The notes below the pieces were generated by a model that ran no database searches, was not told the DNA's origin, and saw only the letters and a program-made list of their open reading frames with translations. A stretch of DNA of 64,000 nucleotides from positions 1-64,000 of IMG/VR virus record IMGVR_UViG_3300021254_000021. One strand, 5' to 3'. Source of the stretch: a virus (taxonomy: Duplodnaviria > Caudoviricetes). A program made the translations under genes and the position numbers. Below, piece by piece: positions 60,300 to 64,000 of this stretch (position 1 is its first letter; each line of letters opens with the position of its first letter).

Positions 60300-60414
60300 A
60301 CAATGTCAGTTAATGCATGTGGCAGAGGTAGCTCAACCTTAACTTACTCCAACTTATCTATCTTTAGTAAGAGAATGTTTCCTTACTAAAGGTAGAAGCA
60401 TAAGGAGATGGATT

Positions 60415-60579
60415 ATGACAGAGAAAGAGTATTTGGATTATAAAAGAGCAATGAATATCTTTGTTTCCTCTCAATACATTTCAGATATGCGCCCAATTCC
60501 CGGCACACCTGTATTACCCTCTATTCCAGTTCCTGATCCAGAGGAAGATGGGGAAGGTGATAATACAGAAAATCCTTAA
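60415..60579 (+). CDS. 54-aa Pro/acidic peptide between sheath genes (not in ORF track)
   Basis: TAAGGAG RBS, TATCTA at 60355, MTEKEYLDYKRAMNIF...PDPEEDGEG. Confidence 0.6.
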   Translation: MTEKEYLDYKRAMNIFVSSQYISDMRPIPGTPVLPSIPVPDPEEDGEGDNTENP

Positions 60580-60603
60580 TTAGCTTAGAAGTTTAACTAA
60601 AAC

Positions 60604-60646
60604 AAAACCCTCTAAGAGATTATCTAATTCTCTTAGAGGGTTTTTC
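60604..60646 (+). promoter_or_regulatory. Terminator hairpin with TATCTA loop
   Basis: AAAACCCTCTAAGAGA-TTATCTAAT-TCTCTTAGAGGGTTTT. Confidence 0.8.
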
Positions 60647-60683
60647 TTTATCCACCCACTACTTCAATAGAAGGAGAAATAGT

Positions 60684-63284
60684 ATGAATCCAAATCAAGG
60701 TCGTGAAGCGGCGTATGTAAAATCCAGAGTTAAAGACCTTAGTCTTATTACCAATACACCAGACTATGTAGGGTGCTTTGCTTGTATTACACCTAAAGCT
60801 CATTCTTCTTTAGATGAGCCAGAAAATTATACCATTGTTGACGGTGTTAAAGTCTACCTTCCTCAGTTAGTTAGAGATGTCGATACTCTGACAGAATTAT
60901 TTGGTGATCCTAGAATTGATCCTGCTACCTATAAAGACCTTTATGCTATCAGAACAATCGTGCAGAATGGTTTTGCCTGTCATATTGCAAAAGTTAAATC
61001 AGGTGAACCCTATACTGCTATTGTAAACTCCTCTGGTCTTTTTGAATCAGCAGGTTGTATTCCAAATACTCAGTTAGATGATGAATCAGAGTTAATTCAG
61101 CTTAAAGCAGACTTACAAGACATTAACTTATTTAATGTAGAGTCCTCTATTGTAGGTACAAACAAGCTGTCTGTCGCCCTTATTCCTTTAAAACCATTCT
61201 CAATCAACCAAGTTGTTTTAGAGATTCACTTTACCTCTAAAGCTACATCATCTTCTGATGAAGTAGAGGTTTCCTCTGCTAGAATAATGCTTACACCCGA
61301 TACCAAGAATGCGGATTTGATTAAAACAATCAATGGTTATCTTGGTGGAGACATTAGCTTCCAGTTACCAGACATTCTTAATGATGCCACGTTTGCTACG
61401 GTTACAGATGCCAGTGAGGTGATTGAACCTGATTCCTCTACTGGTGAAAAGTATTACTGCATTGCGAACGTCCTTCTCTATATCTGCGGACTCTATGTTT
61501 TAAGAAAAGAGGGTGATCACTTTGACAGCACCGATCTTCTTATGGACAATATGGAACTGTGTACAAAAGAAGTGTCTGGTGTTACCAAGAGAGGTTTGGA
61601 AGCTCTTAAAGTGGAATGGACAAATGGCTATGTTGGACATAACAGAACAACATTTATATGCAAAGTGAATAAAGGTGAGGATGCTACCCTTTCCGTTTCA
61701 CAGGCAGATTATGTCCGCTCTTTAAATCTTTATAGTGATCCTAAGTACAATGGTTGCTTTATCTCTGATTTAAGCTCTGATGTCACAGTCACAATAGAGA
61801 AAGATAAACCCACTTATAAAGCAACCAACTATATAGCTAATAGCTATAATGAAGAAGCTCTGCCCGAAGATTACCCAAAGACAACAGGTTATCTCTTTGT
61901 TAAGAGAGGTGACGAGGATGATCCTACCACTACCTATGACAGCATGAAGTATATTGCTGATAATACCGCTTACTTAGCAACACGTGGTCTGGATAGACAG
62001 AAATTCACACAGACCTCAGAAACAGAGGGTGATGTCACCGTTTATACCTATACACCAGATCCTTCAGGAACATTCGTAAGAAAGTATGAGTCTAATCCCA
62101 CCTTAACAGAGAGATTTGCTCCCGATACGGAAAACTCCAACTTTGTTACTCTGGAGGCAGGGGTAAACGACAAGTATAATAAACAGCTCTATAACCCTAA
62201 TGGTTATACCAGAGTTAATTTAACTTCTGAACCATCCCCGGCTACAGACCAAATCTTTTTTGTTAAAAATGAAGATGGTACAGCTTATGTGGAGAGAATT
62301 GTAGCTAATCCAAGTGCAGAACCACCAGTAGAAGGTAATGATAAAGAAGAAGTGACAGAGATGGTGGAAATGCCGTCCGATGATAGACGTGGTTTACACT
62401 ATATCATTAAACATGTAGCCGCTCTTAGAAAAGACTTAACCTGTGTATTTACCACCCCATACAAACCTTGTGACATAGAACAGTCTATAGTACAAAAGAC
62501 ACTTATCTATGAGGATTTGTTTGATTTAAATAGAGCCTGTAATTGGGTTGCCGTTAAAGGTGATTTTACAGACTTATTTGAATATGGTAATTCTCAGGCT
62601 GTCGATTACTCCGAACAGGCTTTTTACTGTGAAATGTACTGGTCATGGCTTAAATGGCGTGTAGCTAAATTAGTTAATGGTTTGGCCACTGGTTCTTCCG
62701 TTGTAATCATGCCACCCACACCTTTCGTTATTTTGAATGCTTTAGCCTCTTATCGTACAAAAGGTTCGTTCTACCCTGTTGCAGGTGATCAAGGTGGTGT
62801 CCTTCCTGATTCCTGTACCATTCTACAGAATCCTTCTACCAAAGGACAGAGAGACAAACTAATCTCTTATAGAATTAACCCCATTTATGATACTGGTTTA
62901 CGTGGTATTCAGATTTACGGTAATGATACCCTTAATCCACAATACACCGATCTTTCAGCCGCTCATATAGCCCGTACCCTCGTTCAGATTCGATCCAGAG
63001 TTGATGCTTACTCAGAAACCATTAAGTTCTCACTCAACGATAAGTACACTTGGGGTACATGGATCAATTACGTCTCTACCAAGATTCTTGATCCTATCCG
63101 ATCCTTGGGTGGATTACAGTGGTATCAGGTCGATATGGGTTATAACACCACTACACGAGATGAGATAGCACAACGTAAGATTCGTGGCATGATTAGCCTA
63201 CAGTTTACGCAGGCTCTTGAAATAATCGACTTAGAATTTGTCGTTTATTCTTCTGCTCTGGATATGGAAGCTACTACAACGTAA
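60684..63284 (+). CDS. Tail sheath protein paralogue 2 (866 aa)
   Basis: Same N- and C-terminal sheath motifs as the 56610 ORF. Confidence 0.82.
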   Translation: MNPNQGREAAYVKSRVKDLSLITNTPDYVGCFACITPKAHSSLDEPENYTIVDGVKVYLPQLVRDVDTLTELFGDPRIDPATYKDLYAIRTIVQNGFACHIAKVKSGEPYTAIVNSSGLFESAGCIPNTQLDDESELIQLKADLQDINLFNVESSIVGTNKLSVALIPLKPFSINQVVLEIHFTSKATSSSDEVEVSSARIMLTPDTKNADLIKTINGYLGGDISFQLPDILNDATFATVTDASEVIEPDSSTGEKYYCIANVLLYICGLYVLRKEGDHFDSTDLLMDNMELCTKEVSGVTKRGLEALKVEWTNGYVGHNRTTFICKVNKGEDATLSVSQADYVRSLNLYSDPKYNGCFISDLSSDVTVTIEKDKPTYKATNYIANSYNEEALPEDYPKTTGYLFVKRGDEDDPTTTYDSMKYIADNTAYLATRGLDRQKFTQTSETEGDVTVYTYTPDPSGTFVRKYESNPTLTERFAPDTENSNFVTLEAGVNDKYNKQLYNPNGYTRVNLTSEPSPATDQIFFVKNEDGTAYVERIVANPSAEPPVEGNDKEEVTEMVEMPSDDRRGLHYIIKHVAALRKDLTCVFTTPYKPCDIEQSIVQKTLIYEDLFDLNRACNWVAVKGDFTDLFEYGNSQAVDYSEQAFYCEMYWSWLKWRVAKLVNGLATGSSVVIMPPTPFVILNALASYRTKGSFYPVAGDQGGVLPDSCTILQNPSTKGQRDKLISYRINPIYDTGLRGIQIYGNDTLNPQYTDLSAAHIARTLVQIRSRVDAYSETIKFSLNDKYTWGTWINYVSTKILDPIRSLGGLQWYQVDMGYNTTTRDEIAQRKIRGMISLQFTQALEIIDLEFVVYSSALDMEATTT

Positions 63285-63348
63285 GATGAAAATTTAAACT
63301 CAGTTAAAAACCCGATTAGGATTGTACTTAATCGGGTTTTCTTTTTGT

Positions 63349-63377
63349 TTGACTTTCATCTCAGAATGTAGTATAGT
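63349..63377 (+). promoter_or_regulatory. sigma70-like promoter
   Basis: TTGACT-N17-TATAGT, just after terminator 63306-63346. Confidence 0.75.
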
Positions 63378-63425
63378 AGTTACATTAAGTGAAATCCCTC
63401 ACTTAATAAGATACGGAGCTACATT

Positions 63426-64000
63426 ATGGGTAAAGATTATCGACATTTTACAAAATATCCAACGTGGTTTATAGAGGAATTAGTTAATAAAGAAGATCGT
63501 GAGGATGCTAAGAAAGGTATTTTACCTCGTTCTAAAAAGGTTACTCTTTTCTGTAAAGATCATGGCTCTTATCTCCAAACACCCTCGAACCACATAGACT
63601 TTAAAACTATGTCTTTAAAGGGAGGTTGTCCGAAATGTGGGAGACGCCTACAAATAGAAAAGAGTAAGATAACTAAAAGAAAAGTTAGAAAGTCTTATCC
63701 AGAGTGGTTTATAAATGAGTTAGCACATGATGAGGATAGAATTAAAGTGAAAAATAAGGAGCTTTCTACGGGAGACAGAGTAGATTTTCTATGTCCTGTA
63801 CATGGTATTTACAGTATGGCAGTCTTTAATCATATTCGTTTAAAGACAGGATTAAGACTACGTGGATGTCCAGAGTGTGCAAAAGTAGATAGGAGAGAAC
63901 ACTGTATTAAAACAAAGATGGAAAATAGACCAGACTATCCTGTTTGGTTTATAGAAGAATTATTTAAAGAGGAAGATAAAGAGCGTGCTAGGAATAAGTG
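63426..64000 (+). CDS. Third endonuclease-family gene, 3'-truncated (not in ORF track)
   Basis: MGKDYRHFTKYPTWFIEEL; three YP.WFI.EL..EED repeats with C..HG and CP.C ribbons like the 29306 ORF. Confidence 0.75.
   Translation, partial: MGKDYRHFTKYPTWFIEELVNKEDREDAKKGILPRSKKVTLFCKDHGSYLQTPSNHIDFKTMSLKGGCPKCGRRLQIEKSKITKRKVRKSYPEWFINELAHDEDRIKVKNKELSTGDRVDFLCPVHGIYSMAVFNHIRLKTGLRLRGCPECAKVDRREHCIKTKMENRPDYPVWFIEELFKEEDKERARNK

Noticed and set aside
60320-60350. GCAGAGGTAGCTCAA resembles a tRNA 5' end
   Set aside because: No anticodon arm, T-arm or acceptor pairing
1-64000. Stop-codon recoding
   Set aside because: Dense full-length ORFs under the standard code; TAA, TAG and TGA all end genes

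Overview
AT-rich segment of a large tailed dsDNA phage (myovirus with T4-like head and neck proteins, standard genetic code, nearly all genes on +). It runs from a replication/regulation block (primase end, intein-split DnaX-like clamp loader, Dam-type methylase, sigma-like and Mor-like regulators) through an intein-split terminase, portal, intein-split RecA, neck, tail completion, a 3111-aa tail fibre, prohead protease and major capsid protein to two tandem tail-sheath paralogues. Three related free-standing endonuclease genes and host-like lipoproteins (one with myxobacterial-type Cys-rich repeats) are interspersed. Three patterns go beyond standard annotation. (1) Two orphan IS200/IS605 right-end/TnpB omegaRNA-like elements with covarying stems and no tnpA/tnpB, each sitting in a 5' leader. 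(2) A recurrent TATCTA motif upstream of late genes, often in the loop or 5' arm of a terminator or RBS-occluding hairpin. (3) About ten unrelated accessory proteins sharing an N-terminal leader M-[VL]-K-L-[RK]-[RK]-x(1-3)-E-[AS], resembling a capsid-targeting, protease-cleaved tag for packaged cargo. All calls come from motif recognition by eye; no database search was run.
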